A stretch of 64,000 nt of DNA, taken from a virus (taxonomy: Duplodnaviria; Caudoviricetes). Numbering within the stretch: position 1 is the stretch's first letter; each line of letters opens with the position of its first letter. The position numbers and the translations under genes were made by a program. Below the pieces are notes generated by a model. The model was not told the origin of the DNA. It did not search any database and saw only the letters and a list, made by a program, of their open reading frames with translations. The stretch spans positions 29,336-93,335 of IMG/VR virus record IMGVR_UViG_3300033068_000943; one strand, 5' to 3'. This document shows positions 20,379 through 30,090 of the stretch, in pieces.

Positions 20379-22058
20379 TCACTCAGCCGCAACAGGCTCC
20401 GGACTCGTCGCGCGAACGGTGGCCCCGTTCAACGCGCTTGGCGACGCGATGGCACGAGAAATCACGTCCCTGAACTCGGCGCCGGCCTCGCCGTTCTCGG
20501 CGGCTTCCGATGCATCAAGGTCATCGAGTTGATCCAACGCCTCCAGCACGACCGATGTGGATCGAGACGTAATCGCCGTGATCTGTCGCGCCACAACGTC
20601 GGCGACGGCCCGTCCCAACATCTCCTCTGGTGACACGACAGTCTTGGCCGGGTCGGCGAGCAATGCCATGTGCGCTTGCATGCCGGTCGCGGCCTCGATC
20701 AGCGCCGCTTGCGTCACCGCCGTATCGCCCGCTGATATCGCCGCGAGCTTGGAGCGCTCGACCACCTCCCGCACCATGGCCGGGATGGAGCCGGACAGCA
20801 TCGCCGCCACCTTCCCCAGCTTCTCGCCGCTCTTGATCAACGACCGGCCGTAGATACGCAGGAGTCGCTCGACGGCTTCTGCGTCCGGCGGCTCGACCGC
20901 AACGACCGCATCGAGACGGCCCGGGCGCAGCATCGCCGGGTTGATGCGCTCGATGTGGTTCGTGGTCATCACCACCATGATCTGCGCGGACTTCGACAGC
21001 ACACCGTCGATTGTGTTGAGCAAATCGTTGGTGTTCTCGTCACGGTCGGTCGTGGCGCGGTCGATGTCCTCCGCGAAGATCACGCACGGCTCATAACGGC
21101 GCGCGAATTCGAGCGTCGCCTTGAGCCCTTGCGCCCGGTCCAGACTGACGAACGTCCAGCCATGCTCGACACACTTGCGCGCGGTCATCAGCGACGTAAG
21201 CGTCTTGCCGGTGCCGTACTTGCCCGACAGCAGCACACCCCGCTTGAGCGGGATGCCGGCATCGCGACACGCCTGCGTCCGCTCGATCAGGGTCCAGATG
21301 TTGGTCTTGATCTGGACCTCGACGGCGCGCGGCAAAATCAGCTCGTCCTCCCGTGCCGCCGACAGGTCCATGAATTCCGGCGGGTTTTCGAGATCGACCG
21401 ATTGCTCGCTGATCGAGCGCAGCCGGATCGCCTTGCCGCGGTAGATCGACTCATCCTTGACGATGGTGCGGGTCAACTCAGCGATCCGCTTCAACGTCTC
21501 GACGTCGCGCTTCTTGACGGTGCCGTAGATCACGAACACCGACCCACGCGGCGAATGCGTGATGGCCGTGTTGATCTGCTTCTCGACGCCGGGGATTTTG
21601 AACCCGCCCCACGGCACCTGGATCTTCTCGGTCGGGCCGGGGCCAACATCGACCGTGATCATGCGCGGCGGTTGCGCCCCCCAGAACCCCGGGACGGGCG
21701 CCGACGTGGCCCAGCCATAGATGCGCTCCAGCGCCCGCACGAACGCGACGGCGCCGTCCAAGGGGAATGCGTCAATCACCTCGTGCACGCTCATCTCGGT
21801 TTCGAGATCTGCCTTTTTGCGCGCCAGCGCGGCGATGGCGTCGTCGATAGGCATTGGGCCGGGCTCCGCCGGCAGCGTAATCTTGGTGCCAACGTGCTCG
21901 ATGCCAACGTCGATGTTCTTCCACGCGACGGCGCCGTCTTTCACCGCCTTTTCCGGCAGATTCGGGTTGCCAGAGCGCAGAACCGCCTCACGGTCCTTGG
22001 CCGTCAAAGCGGATGTCAGAGCCGCCAGAATGGCGGCAGGATCGGTGGTCGCAGTCAT
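20379..22058 (-). CDS. AAA+ ATPase (classic AAA clade, FtsH/CDC48-like module)
   Basis: Walker A GKYGTGKT, Walker B VIFAEDID, second region of homology TTNHIERINPAMLRPGRLD. Confidence 0.9.
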   Translation of the reverse strand: MTATTDPAAILAALTSALTAKDREAVLRSGNPNLPEKAVKDGAVAWKNIDVGIEHVGTKITLPAEPGPMPIDDAIAALARKKADLETEMSVHEVIDAFPLDGAVAFVRALERIYGWATSAPVPGFWGAQPPRMITVDVGPGPTEKIQVPWGGFKIPGVEKQINTAITHSPRGSVFVIYGTVKKRDVETLKRIAELTRTIVKDESIYRGKAIRLRSISEQSVDLENPPEFMDLSAAREDELILPRAVEVQIKTNIWTLIERTQACRDAGIPLKRGVLLSGKYGTGKTLTSLMTARKCVEHGWTFVSLDRAQGLKATLEFARRYEPCVIFAEDIDRATTDRDENTNDLLNTIDGVLSKSAQIMVVMTTNHIERINPAMLRPGRLDAVVAVEPPDAEAVERLLRIYGRSLIKSGEKLGKVAAMLSGSIPAMVREVVERSKLAAISAGDTAVTQAALIEAATGMQAHMALLADPAKTVVSPEEMLGRAVADVVARQITAITSRSTSVVLEALDQLDDLDASEAAENGEAGAEFRDVISRAIASPSALNGATVRATSPEPVAAE

Positions 22059-22120
22059 GGAATCCCCAGTCCGGTTGATCCGTGAACCATTGTCGCAACC
22101 GAGTTCCCCTCGGCCCGGCC

Positions 22121-22138
22121 GTTTGAACATATTCAAAC
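22121..22138. promoter_or_regulatory. Inverted repeat, candidate operator between the divergent AAA and HTH genes
   Basis: GTTTGAA-CATA-TTCAAAC in an AT-rich intergenic region. Confidence 0.45.
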
Positions 22139-22232
22139 GGCAGTGTCAACCATCCATTCTGACAAATAGGCCATCCGGAGCTATCCACGCCCCGTTTGAC
22201 AATTGACCAATGCCAACTTACCCATATGCGCC

Positions 22233-22526
22233 ATGACACAAGAGCGATCCCCTGACTTGGCGAACTTTCTTGCGGAGATTGAGGCATTCCTGTCCGAAAC
22301 GGGGATGTTCCCGTCTCATTTTGGTCGCGACGCGACCAACGATACATCCCTGGTCACGCGCCTGCGTCGCGGCAGCGACGTGACCTTAAGCACGGCGCAG
22401 CGTGTTCGCAGCTTCATGGCCGAGTACCGCAAGGCGCACGGCAAGCCAGCAAAACGGCCGCCATCGAAGGCGGCCTTGCTGTCTCACACCAAAAAAGCCC
22501 CTCCGAAGGGCGCGCGCGGCAGGTGA
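22233..22526 (+). CDS. Cro-like HTH regulator (alphaproteobacterial phage type)
   Basis: LAEIEAFLSETGMFPSHFGRDATNDTSLVTRLRRG pattern. Confidence 0.75.
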   Translation: MTQERSPDLANFLAEIEAFLSETGMFPSHFGRDATNDTSLVTRLRRGSDVTLSTAQRVRSFMAEYRKAHGKPAKRPPSKAALLSHTKKAPPKGARGR

Positions 22527-22546
22527 CGGCGAGCGGCGGAAGATCG

Positions 22547-23425
22547 TCACCCCGGCCAGACGACCGCGCCCGCCGTATGATAGAGGCTCTTAGCCGATCC
22601 GTCCGTTGTCTCGATGCGGCTGAATGGCCCTATCGCGGCGCTCGGCAAGGCGCCTGAATAGCTGCCGAGCTGGAACGCTTTGTTGTGGATGTGCTCGCCT
22701 GCGTACCATCGCGCGCCGCCGGACACGATCGCCACTATCAGGAATTTGCGCAGTGTACCGCTGCGATATGGCAATGCCGTCGTCGGATCGATCAGGCTGG
22801 TGTACGACGCGACTCCATTGACCCGCACAACTCCCCACCATTGACCTTCGGTATCCGAGTCGACACGCTGCATGACAACGGCGTTGGCTCCCGAGGCATC
22901 CCGCAGCCCGACCTCGATAACTTGTTTTGTGGTGGCGCTGGGCGCCGTCCACAGTCCGATTTTATACTGCGAGACCGGGACCATCCGCATCAGGGGCGCA
23001 TCGACGCGCGCCGACGCACCCGGCGCCCCCGCCGCTGTCAGCCGCAGACGCGCCATGTAGGTCGGTGACGGCTCAACGACGGCCGTAGACCCGGTTCCGA
23101 CCGTATCGGTTGCGAGGCTTGGCGGCATCCCGCCGACAAACGACATCTCATGGTGCCGGATCGTGACGTGGCGGAACGACGTCACCTCGATGGGAACGTC
23201 CGGGCGATCCGCAGGCCCAAAAAACAGCGTTTTATCCGTTGTGAATGCCGCGATGTTCTCGCTTTTTTCGGAGTTCGGGTCGGCGGGCCGCGATAGCCGC
23301 CCCAGCAGAGCCCCCAGCTTGCCCAAAGAATACACCGTGTCGCCGAGCTGGACATACAGGATGCCACCCGACGTGACGTCGGCATCATCCGACGCGCGGT
23401 TAACAGGGCTTGTCATTATCACCAA
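22547..23425 (-). CDS. Hypothetical beta-rich protein (possible lectin or fibre-like)
   Basis: 292-aa ORF; start uncertain. Confidence 0.45.
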   Translation of the reverse strand: MVIMTSPVNRASDDADVTSGGILYVQLGDTVYSLGKLGALLGRLSRPADPNSEKSENIAAFTTDKTLFFGPADRPDVPIEVTSFRHVTIRHHEMSFVGGMPPSLATDTVGTGSTAVVEPSPTYMARLRLTAAGAPGASARVDAPLMRMVPVSQYKIGLWTAPSATTKQVIEVGLRDASGANAVVMQRVDSDTEGQWWGVVRVNGVASYTSLIDPTTALPYRSGTLRKFLIVAIVSGGARWYAGEHIHNKAFQLGSYSGALPSAAIGPFSRIETTDGSAKSLYHTAGAVVWPG

Positions 23426-23432
23426 AATCCTT

Positions 23433-23508
23433 TGGTTGCAGAGGGCGGGCTTGAACCGCCGACCTCGTGGTTATGAGCCACGCGAGCTGACCACTGCTCC
23501 ACTCTGCA
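23433..23508 (-). tRNA. tRNA-Met(CAT), initiator-like
   Basis: Cloverleaf with CGTGG-CTCATAA-CCACG, A11:U24 and encoded CCA. Confidence 0.9.
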
Positions 23509-23588
23509 TATTCCCTATGGGGAGATTCCGATTGGCCGTCAAGCGCCGATTCGATGCGTGTTCGGCATATGCTTGACGGCCAGTCGTG

Positions 23589-23918
23589 TCACCAGAAATA
23601 CTTGGTCGGCTTGTCGGGAAGCGGCCACGCCGTATCGTCCGGATCGATCTCGCCGCGCATGATGCGGCGAGCGATTGCCTTCGTGCGCGCTCGATGCGGG
23701 CGCGTGTGGAAGACCAGATCCCACCAGCGCGGATGGTTGCCCATGGGGCCGCGCACCCAATCGGGCCAGCCTCCGATCAGGAAGCGGCGCCGCGTCTCGG
23801 CCGCGCCCAATCCTCCATGAGGACTGAGTGGCACGCCGAGACGCTTCAACAGGGTTGGCGTGGCCATGAAGGTTGTGCGGGCCGCCGTGCGGGGCCGCTT
23901 GCGCTTGTAGTGTGCCAT
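23589..23918 (-). CDS. Basic hypothetical protein within the tRNA cluster
   Basis: 109 aa, GAAAGG SD. Confidence 0.55.
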   Translation of the reverse strand: MAHYKRKRPRTAARTTFMATPTLLKRLGVPLSPHGGLGAAETRRRFLIGGWPDWVRGPMGNHPRWWDLVFHTRPHRARTKAIARRIMRGEIDPDDTAWPLPDKPTKYFW

Positions 23919-23980
23919 GAGTGAGCCTTTCGGGTTGTTGGCTATTTCATGAAAGCCTCCATTGGGTGCGCGATTGAGAG

Positions 23981-24054
23981 TGGCACCGGGAGCGGGAGTC
24001 GAACCCGCGCTTGCGGTTTTGGAGACCGCCGTGCTTCCGTAACACTTCCCCGAT
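23981..24054 (-). tRNA. tRNA-Trp(CCA)
   Basis: GCGGT-CTCCAAA-ACCGC, TTCGA loop, G73-CCA; atypical A8/U14 and U11:A24. Confidence 0.9.
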
Positions 24055-24064
24055 CTGCTGCTTT

Positions 24065-24140
24065 TGGTGCCCTTGGCACGGGATTGAACCTGCGACCTCC
24101 CGCTTACAAAGCGGATGCTCTACCACTGAGCTACAAGGGC
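24065..24140 (-). tRNA. tRNA-Thr(TGT)
   Basis: GCCCTTG acceptor, TT-TGT-AA loop, CCA; bulge in the T-stem. Confidence 0.85.
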
Positions 24141-24143
24141 AAT

Positions 24144-24221
24144 TGGTCTGCGTGGATGGATTTGAACCACCGGCTTCCTGATCCCAAATCAGGCGCTCTG
24201 ACCAAGCTGAGCTACACGCAG
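24144..24221 (-). tRNA. tRNA-Pro(TGG)
   Basis: CCTGA-TTTGGGA-TCAGG, C1:G72, CCA. Confidence 0.9.
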
Positions 24222-24320
24222 AAATCTGGCGTTACCGCGTTGACGGTCGCCAGTATGTTGTTCGCGTGTGCGCGGGTCGGTTCATGACCGCTTTATGCCC
24301 GATTTGCGAAGCAGCGGCAA

Positions 24321-24788
24321 TCACCCGTTTGCCGGGCGCACCGATTCAATCGCCCCTGCGTCCCAAACACACCCCGAAGCGCAGTCCCACGACGAATACC
24401 ATGGAAGCTCGAATCGAACACTGGTTTGATATGGGACGATGACGATGCCTTGGTACTCGCGCGCAACACGGCCCCAATCTATGGCGTGAAGCGGCATCGA
24501 TTTTCGCCACGGCGCGGCGTAGCGGTCGCTGAATTCGCGAAGCCCGGGCACAGACGCGATCGATAGAATGCGCGCAGCCGGGTTCAAAACGATTTGCGTC
24601 GCGCAGGCAAGCCGGTCCAGCCGGAATTCGTTGTCGCGACACCATTCCGCCCAGCCCATCGGCCCTTCGACAGACACCCACAATCCGTTCGGCTTGAACC
24701 CAAGGCGAGCGCGGCCAGCACGGTGGCCGAATTGGCTCGCATCACGCACAGCGGTCAACGGGGTATCGGAATAATGAACCAAAAGCAT
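24321..24788 (-). CDS. Conserved phage hypothetical protein
   Basis: KPNGLWVS..W.EWC..IDW..V...YQGI..WY..WDCASGCVW motifs. Confidence 0.65.
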   Translation of the reverse strand: MLLVHYSDTPLTAVRDASQFGHRAGRARLGFKPNGLWVSVEGPMGWAEWCRDNEFRLDRLACATQIVLNPAARILSIASVPGLREFSDRYAAPWRKSMPLHAIDWGRVAREYQGIVIVPYQTSVRFELPWYSSWDCASGCVWDAGAIESVRPANG

Positions 24789-25094
24789 GGTCTTACCCCG
24801 CCTCGCCAACTCTCTCGACATGGAGAGCATGCGCGATGCATTGCGCATGCGTTCGGCGCGATCCATGCCAGCGCCCCCGAATATAAATATCAAACAACAG
24901 CACGGTCCCGTCCACGCAAGACACGGGCCGCAACTCTACGTCGACAGCCGTCTGGGCTTGACCACCGATCGTGATATTCGCGTCCATGCCCATCCCCTTC
25001 GTGCACAATGCCGAGCGAACCGCCGGCCACCCCAGCCAATCATGAAGCGAAGGATAGGCGCCGCCGTGCCGGTTTAGCGTAGAATGAATGATTC

Positions 25095-25361
25095 TTACTC
25101 ATGCGGCGCCCGACGCCCCGAGCGTCGCGCGTATTTGATCCGCTCAAGCGCCACGATAAAAAGCGTAAAGTTGCTTTCAAGCGTCGCAAGCGACCCATGC
25201 GCGGTTCCCATCCATATTGCCTCATCTGCCGACGCAGCATGCCTTGGCCGGAAGCTGCGCGCGATCTTCGCGCTACGCATCACAGCATCCCTGGCCTCGT
25301 GAAGGCTTGCCAGCATCGCCTCAACCTCATCGTCAGAGACACGTCCATCCGCATCAGGCAT
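25095..25361 (-). CDS. Hypothetical protein
   Basis: Overlaps the release-factor stop codon. Confidence 0.5.
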   Translation of the reverse strand: MPDADGRVSDDEVEAMLASLHEARDAVMRSAKIARSFRPRHAASADEAIWMGTAHGSLATLESNFTLFIVALERIKYARRSGRRAPHE

Positions 25362-26034
25362 ACAAGTCCTCCAGATTCCCGGCCAGCACGTCGGCGAGCC
25401 GCGCCTTGGCGCCAGTCTTGTGGTCGGTCACGATCTCGTCTCGCACCCGGTACGTGCGGGTCTTATCGCCGCGCATGCCTGAGCCCACCTGCCCCTTGCG
25501 ATCCGATGCCGTGGCGAGGGCCGTCTGCTGCGCAACATGCGCCGCCACGCGGCCCTCAAGCGTCTCTCGCGCGATCTGGCGGTTGCGATGCTGCGACTTC
25601 GTGGCCGCCTTGGCCTCGATCCCTGTTGGCTTGTGTCGCATCACCACACACGATTCGGTCTTGTTTCGATGCTGGCCACCCGGCCCGCTGTCCATTGTCG
25701 TTCGCACCTCGATGTCTGCATCCCGCAGCCGGTACGCCGATCGCTCGCGCAACGCGAACACCGCGACAGTGACGGTCGATGTGTGCACGCGCCCGGAGCG
25801 TTCCGTTGGGGGCACCCGTTGCCAGCGATGGCCGCCGCTCTCATTCAGCAGGCGCTTGGCGGCAAGATCATCCCCCTCGATGATCAGGACCAGTCAACTG
25901 CGGCCTTCGTCCTCGACATCGACGACCAATCCGTGTCGACGCGCATAGGCAAGATAGATAGCCGCCTGATCTCGAACCAAGAGCTTGGCGTCGTCGCCGC
26001 CCTCGCCGGGCCGGATTTCAATTGCGATTTTCAT
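25354..26034 (-). CDS. Class-I peptide chain release factor homolog (RF1-type PxT, lacks domain 1) with in-frame UGA at codon 47
   Basis: MKIAIEIRPGEGGDDAKLL..S*LVLIIEG..ESGGHRWQRVPPTERSGRVHTS..GPGGQHRNKT..SQHRN; TGA at 25896-25894 in the same frame. Confidence 0.9.
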
Positions 26035-26222
26035 CGAACAGTCCTTTCCATGCGGGCCAGCTCGCGCATCACGGCATCCCGGACGACATCGGATTTGCTT
26101 ACGAACTCGGGACGCGCGAGTGACGCCCTGAGTGCCCGGATACGCTCAATGGCACGAGCGAACTCGTCGTCCGACCGCATCATGAACGTCTTTGTGAGAA
26201 GCTTAGGTTTTGTGTTTGCCAT
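26031..26222 (-). CDS. Ribbon-helix-helix DNA-binding protein
   Basis: KTFMMRSDDEFARAIERI..SKSDVVRDAV; ATGA-coupled to the release factor. Confidence 0.65.
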   Translation of the reverse strand: MANTKPKLLTKTFMMRSDDEFARAIERIRALRASLARPEFVSKSDVVRDAVMRELARMERTVR

Positions 26223-26319
26223 GGCCACAGCTATGTACTCCACGTCATGACGTCTTGCAAGGGGCGCGAAGCCTTTTCCGCACTCCCGACTTTGCGGTGA
26301 ATTATTTCTTCATGGCGTA

Positions 26320-26348
26320 TTGACGTGATGCACGCGGCCGACTATATT
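26320..26348 (+). promoter_or_regulatory. Sigma70-like early promoter
   Basis: TTGACG-N17-TATATT. Confidence 0.7.
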
Positions 26349-26377
26349 CCAATCACACGACACGGCAGGAGGAACCA

Positions 26378-26719
26378 GTGACCAAGGAAATCAAGAGCAT
26401 GCGCGGAAGCTGGAAGGTGATCGACAGCGGCACCATCCAATTCGACATCCGCGACGAGAAGGGGCGCCGCGTCGGCTATTGGTGGCAGATCGCCGAGCTG
26501 GAAATGCTGCCCTACGACAAGAGCAAGGCCAACTACGGCGGATACTATCAAGAGCCCGGCATCTACATCGAGGTTAGCGCCCAGGCGACCCGCAACGATG
26601 AGCCCTACGGCGCATCGAACAGAGCGAAGGAGTTCAAGACGATCGCGGAAGCCAAAGCCGAGATCGAGCGGCAGGCCGCAGCCTGCGAGAAGCGGTACGC
26701 CAAGAAGTACGGGACATAA
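26378..26719 (+). CDS. Early hypothetical protein
   Basis: AGGAGG SD; first gene after the promoter. Confidence 0.7.
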   Translation: MTKEIKSMRGSWKVIDSGTIQFDIRDEKGRRVGYWWQIAELEMLPYDKSKANYGGYYQEPGIYIEVSAQATRNDEPYGASNRAKEFKTIAEAKAEIERQAAACEKRYAKKYGT

Positions 26720-26721
26720 CG

Positions 26722-26754
26722 GCATTGATGCGGGGCACCGCCCCGCATCAATGC
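26722..26754 (+). other. 15-bp perfect intergenic hairpin
   Basis: GCATTGATGCGGGGC-ACC-GCCCCGCATCAATGC. Confidence 0.7.
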
Positions 26755-26774
26755 GCCAGCAAAAGGAGGACCAC

Positions 26775-27137
26775 ATGACGACCATAAAGACCAAGCGCGC
26801 CGACGTTGCCCCGCTCGTCGCCGCGACGTTCCCGGACTACAAGGGGCGCAAGATCACGGTGCAGCCGGCCACGTCGGTCATGCTGCACAGCTTGAATTGG
26901 GACGGCGGCAGCCGGAGCCAATACAGGACGTGCAGCACGGACGGGGCGCCGATCGGCTCTGCCGACAGATACAACGCCATGGCGCCGTGGGCCAACCCCG
27001 CCGAAGGCCAGAACATTCCGGTTCCGCAAGGCGCCGTCGTGGTCCGGCACTCGATCTTCTCCGGCAAGGATGCAGGGCTCACGATCTACATCAACCCCGC
27101 CGATATGCCGGCATGGCTCGAAAACAACGGAGGCTGA
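26775..27137 (+). CDS. Early hypothetical protein
   Basis: MTTIKTKR start with AGGAGG SD. Confidence 0.65.
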   Translation: MTTIKTKRADVAPLVAATFPDYKGRKITVQPATSVMLHSLNWDGGSRSQYRTCSTDGAPIGSADRYNAMAPWANPAEGQNIPVPQGAVVVRHSIFSGKDAGLTIYINPADMPAWLENNGG

Positions 27138-28000
27138 CGTGAGACTCGAACTGGTCAATTCCCTCGGGTGCGTCATCGACACCATCACGGACCCCGACAA
27201 GATCTCCGCATTCCAGCGCGCCATGGATCACTGGGCGCGCTACCTGTCTCGCGGCGATGAGATCCGCGTCATCAGCACCATCGACGACGAGGACGACCAA
27301 TGAACGCGACCACGAAGCGGTTGCGGGCCGCCGTCCGCCACATTCCCGGCGCATGGGTCCGCAACTACGGCGGCGGCAAGGCATGGTGCGGCGTGAGGGG
27401 CGAATTCGTCCCCTGGAGCGTCGGCGGCGAGCCAATGCTTCGCGCCAAGGCCGCGCTCGAAGCCGCCGGCTTCCGTTGCGCTCTCAACGGGCGCCCCGGA
27501 TCGTCCGGGGAGAACACCATCGATGTGGACTACGGAGAACCGCAATGAAGGAAGTGCAACTCGCCCACGAAAAATCCGAATGGGCCTATGCGGTCTACCT
27601 GATGACCGACGAGGGGTGCGCCGAGTCTCACCGCTACGAATACGACAAGGACAAGCCGCACACGATCGGCGCCGCGCGCGCCGATGCGACTGCCAAATAC
27701 AAGCAACTCATCCGGAACAACCCCGACGCAACATCTTACAACGATGCCCACTAGGAGCGCCCGCGCCATGCAGGACATCCTCGACAGACACGCTATCATG
27801 TTCGCGTTGAGGGTTGCGCGCGACAAGTACCGCGCCCTTGCAGCCACCGCCGAACAGAATTCCAGCGACGCTGCCGATATCTTTCATGGCGAGGCCAACA
27901 CTTTCGACGAGCTGCTTCGTCGCGTGCAAGACCCGCATAGCAAAGTGATCATTACGACCGCGGCCGAATAGCCATCGTCCGCCACAACAGGAGACTGACC

Positions 28001-28321
28001 ATGACCACTAAGATCATCGGCGGCAAGCGCTACTCCACCGCAGAGGCGCGGCTCATCGCCGGCTACGACAACGGGCTCAGCGCATCCGACTTCAAACACT
28101 TCGAGGAAGAGCTGTACGTCACGGAGAAAGGAAACTGGTTCACGTGCGGCAGCGGCGGCCCGCTTTCGCCATACGCCGTGTCGACCGGAAACAACTCGTG
28201 GGCCGGCTCGTCTGACGTGATCCGCACGATGACGCCCTACGAGGCGCGGGCGTGGCTGGAACGCTACGGCGAGACGGAAGCGCTCGAAGCATACTTCGCC
28301 GACACGATCGAAGATGCGTAA
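28001..28321 (+). CDS. Conserved phage hypothetical protein (KIIGGKRYST..YVTEKGNWF)
   Basis: AGGAG SD; recurrent phage small-protein motif. Confidence 0.7.
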   Translation: MTTKIIGGKRYSTAEARLIAGYDNGLSASDFKHFEEELYVTEKGNWFTCGSGGPLSPYAVSTGNNSWAGSSDVIRTMTPYEARAWLERYGETEALEAYFADTIEDA

Positions 28322-28495
28322 CATCAGCATCCGCCATACCAACGAGGCCGGCGGTCAACCCGCCGGCCTCTAAATGCTTGCAGACACCGGCCGTAGGCCC
28401 ACGCATCTACTCGCTGGCGCTCCTTAGACAAGACCTCCGGCGCCGCGTCAAGGCGCCCACCGCGAGATGTGTGGATATTTTATCATGATTGCGTA

Positions 28496-28524
28496 TTGAC
28501 GCGATGCACGTTTGCACTTATTTA
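28496..28524 (+). promoter_or_regulatory. Second early promoter, paralogous to the one at 26320
   Basis: GCGTATTGACG(C/T)GATGCACG shared with 26315-26334. Confidence 0.55.
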
Positions 28525-29958
28525 TAAGGAGCCGACGACCGAACAAAGGACCAGCACATGGCACGCACCCGCGCAACTATCACAGCCGGCAACAAGACGA
28601 TGCGGGCGACCACTGTTTTGGCCATGATGCGGGCAGCAGCGTTCCGCCGTGGTTTCGAGGATGTGAAGCGCGGCAGGCCGTTTGCGCTCGACGCCTTCGA
28701 TATCGACAACCATTGGCAGTACGAGCGCGGGCGCCAGTTTGCCTGCATTTTCGACGGTCAACTCAAGGTCGGCCGGAGGGTGACGCGCGCGGCGCATGAA
28801 GCATATTGCGCCGCTCGCAAGGCCAAAATCATCCTTTGACGGCGTTGCACTACATTCGGCTGCCCGCGTGATCGACAGGAGAACCCGATGACCTTCGCCG
28901 CATGGCTTGATACGTTTGTTGCCGAGAAAGGAATCGACACGGAAGCGCTGCTTGAAGTCGAAGGCGCGTCCGGACTCAACATCATCCCGGTCTGCGTGGT
29001 GCTTTCCGCGATGAAGGCGGCCTCGGCGCGCGAGCAGGGCGCCATCAAGGCGATGATCGTCCGCATCGATTTCGCCAACCGCCCCGTGCTTCCCTACTTC
29101 AAACATCTGGCGCAAGCCATCGCGATCTGAGGAATGCATCATGCCCGTCTGGATTGAAGTCACGGTGCAGCGATGAACCAAAAAGCGGCGTGGAAGGCCA
29201 TGAGCCTGGAGAGCGCGGGCGCACAAGCCCGCGCCGAGGCCGATGCTGGCGGGCTGATCCGCGTCATCGAAGGTGAGACACCCCATTCGGGAGACGCCAC
29301 CATCATCTGGAGCAATCACCCCGGCGACATGCGGGATCGCATCAAGGCCCTCGAATCCGCCCTGATCGCGATCAACGAGGTCGCGACGGATGCCGGGAAC
29401 GACGCGCGCCACACCAAGCCCGAACGGTTTGCGTTCCGCGCCATCGGCGCGACAATCCGGCGCGAGATGAAAAAGGTCGGGCTGTAGATCGTGCCCGAGC
29501 GCCCACGCAACAGAACCCCTGAGGCTACCCATGACCGACCGCACTTGGATTGCCCGCGCCATCCCCTGCTATGCCCACGAGCTTGCCGACACGATTGACG
29601 CTCGCCGCAGCCTTGTCGCCAAGCTGGAGCGCGTCGTTATCGAGGAAGAGCGCCGGAACGACACCGGCCACTGGGCTTACGATCACGCTCGCCACAACGC
29701 CTTGCGCCGCGCCCTTCACGATGAGCGCGCGGCACTGGAGCGCATTATAGACGAGATGCATCATTGACGATTCGGTAACTAACGGATGCTTCACGTATCT
29801 GATGTTCATTCGGCCGGCGACCCTCGTCGAGACCATCGTCGAGGAAACCCTGATCGACAGCGCGCTGGACGATTTTCCCGCTGTTCCGCCAAGGCGAGCT
29901 GGGCAGAACCATCCTCGACACCCTCAGACGCCTCGGAGGGTCCGCCAGCGCCCCGGAG

Positions 29959-30090
29959 ATCGTCACGGATCGCCTTTGGGATGTGTCGGACATCGTTGCG
30001 TTGATCGAGGCGAAGGAGGCAGCCGAAGCGACAAAGGTTCGCGGACCGTACAAGAAAAGGCCGCTTCAAATTTCAAACTGACCCACTACC
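29959..30090 (+). mobile_element. Remnant right end of an IS1-family element
   Basis: Reads VTDRLWDVSDIVALIEA..RGPYKKR..QISN*, ending in the terminal-IR-like TTTCAAACTGACCCACTACC. Confidence 0.55.

Noticed and set aside
23949-24287. ORFs overlapping tRNA genes (also 45759-46088 and the 5' extensions at 45820 and 46806)
   Set aside because: They are translations of tRNA sequence.
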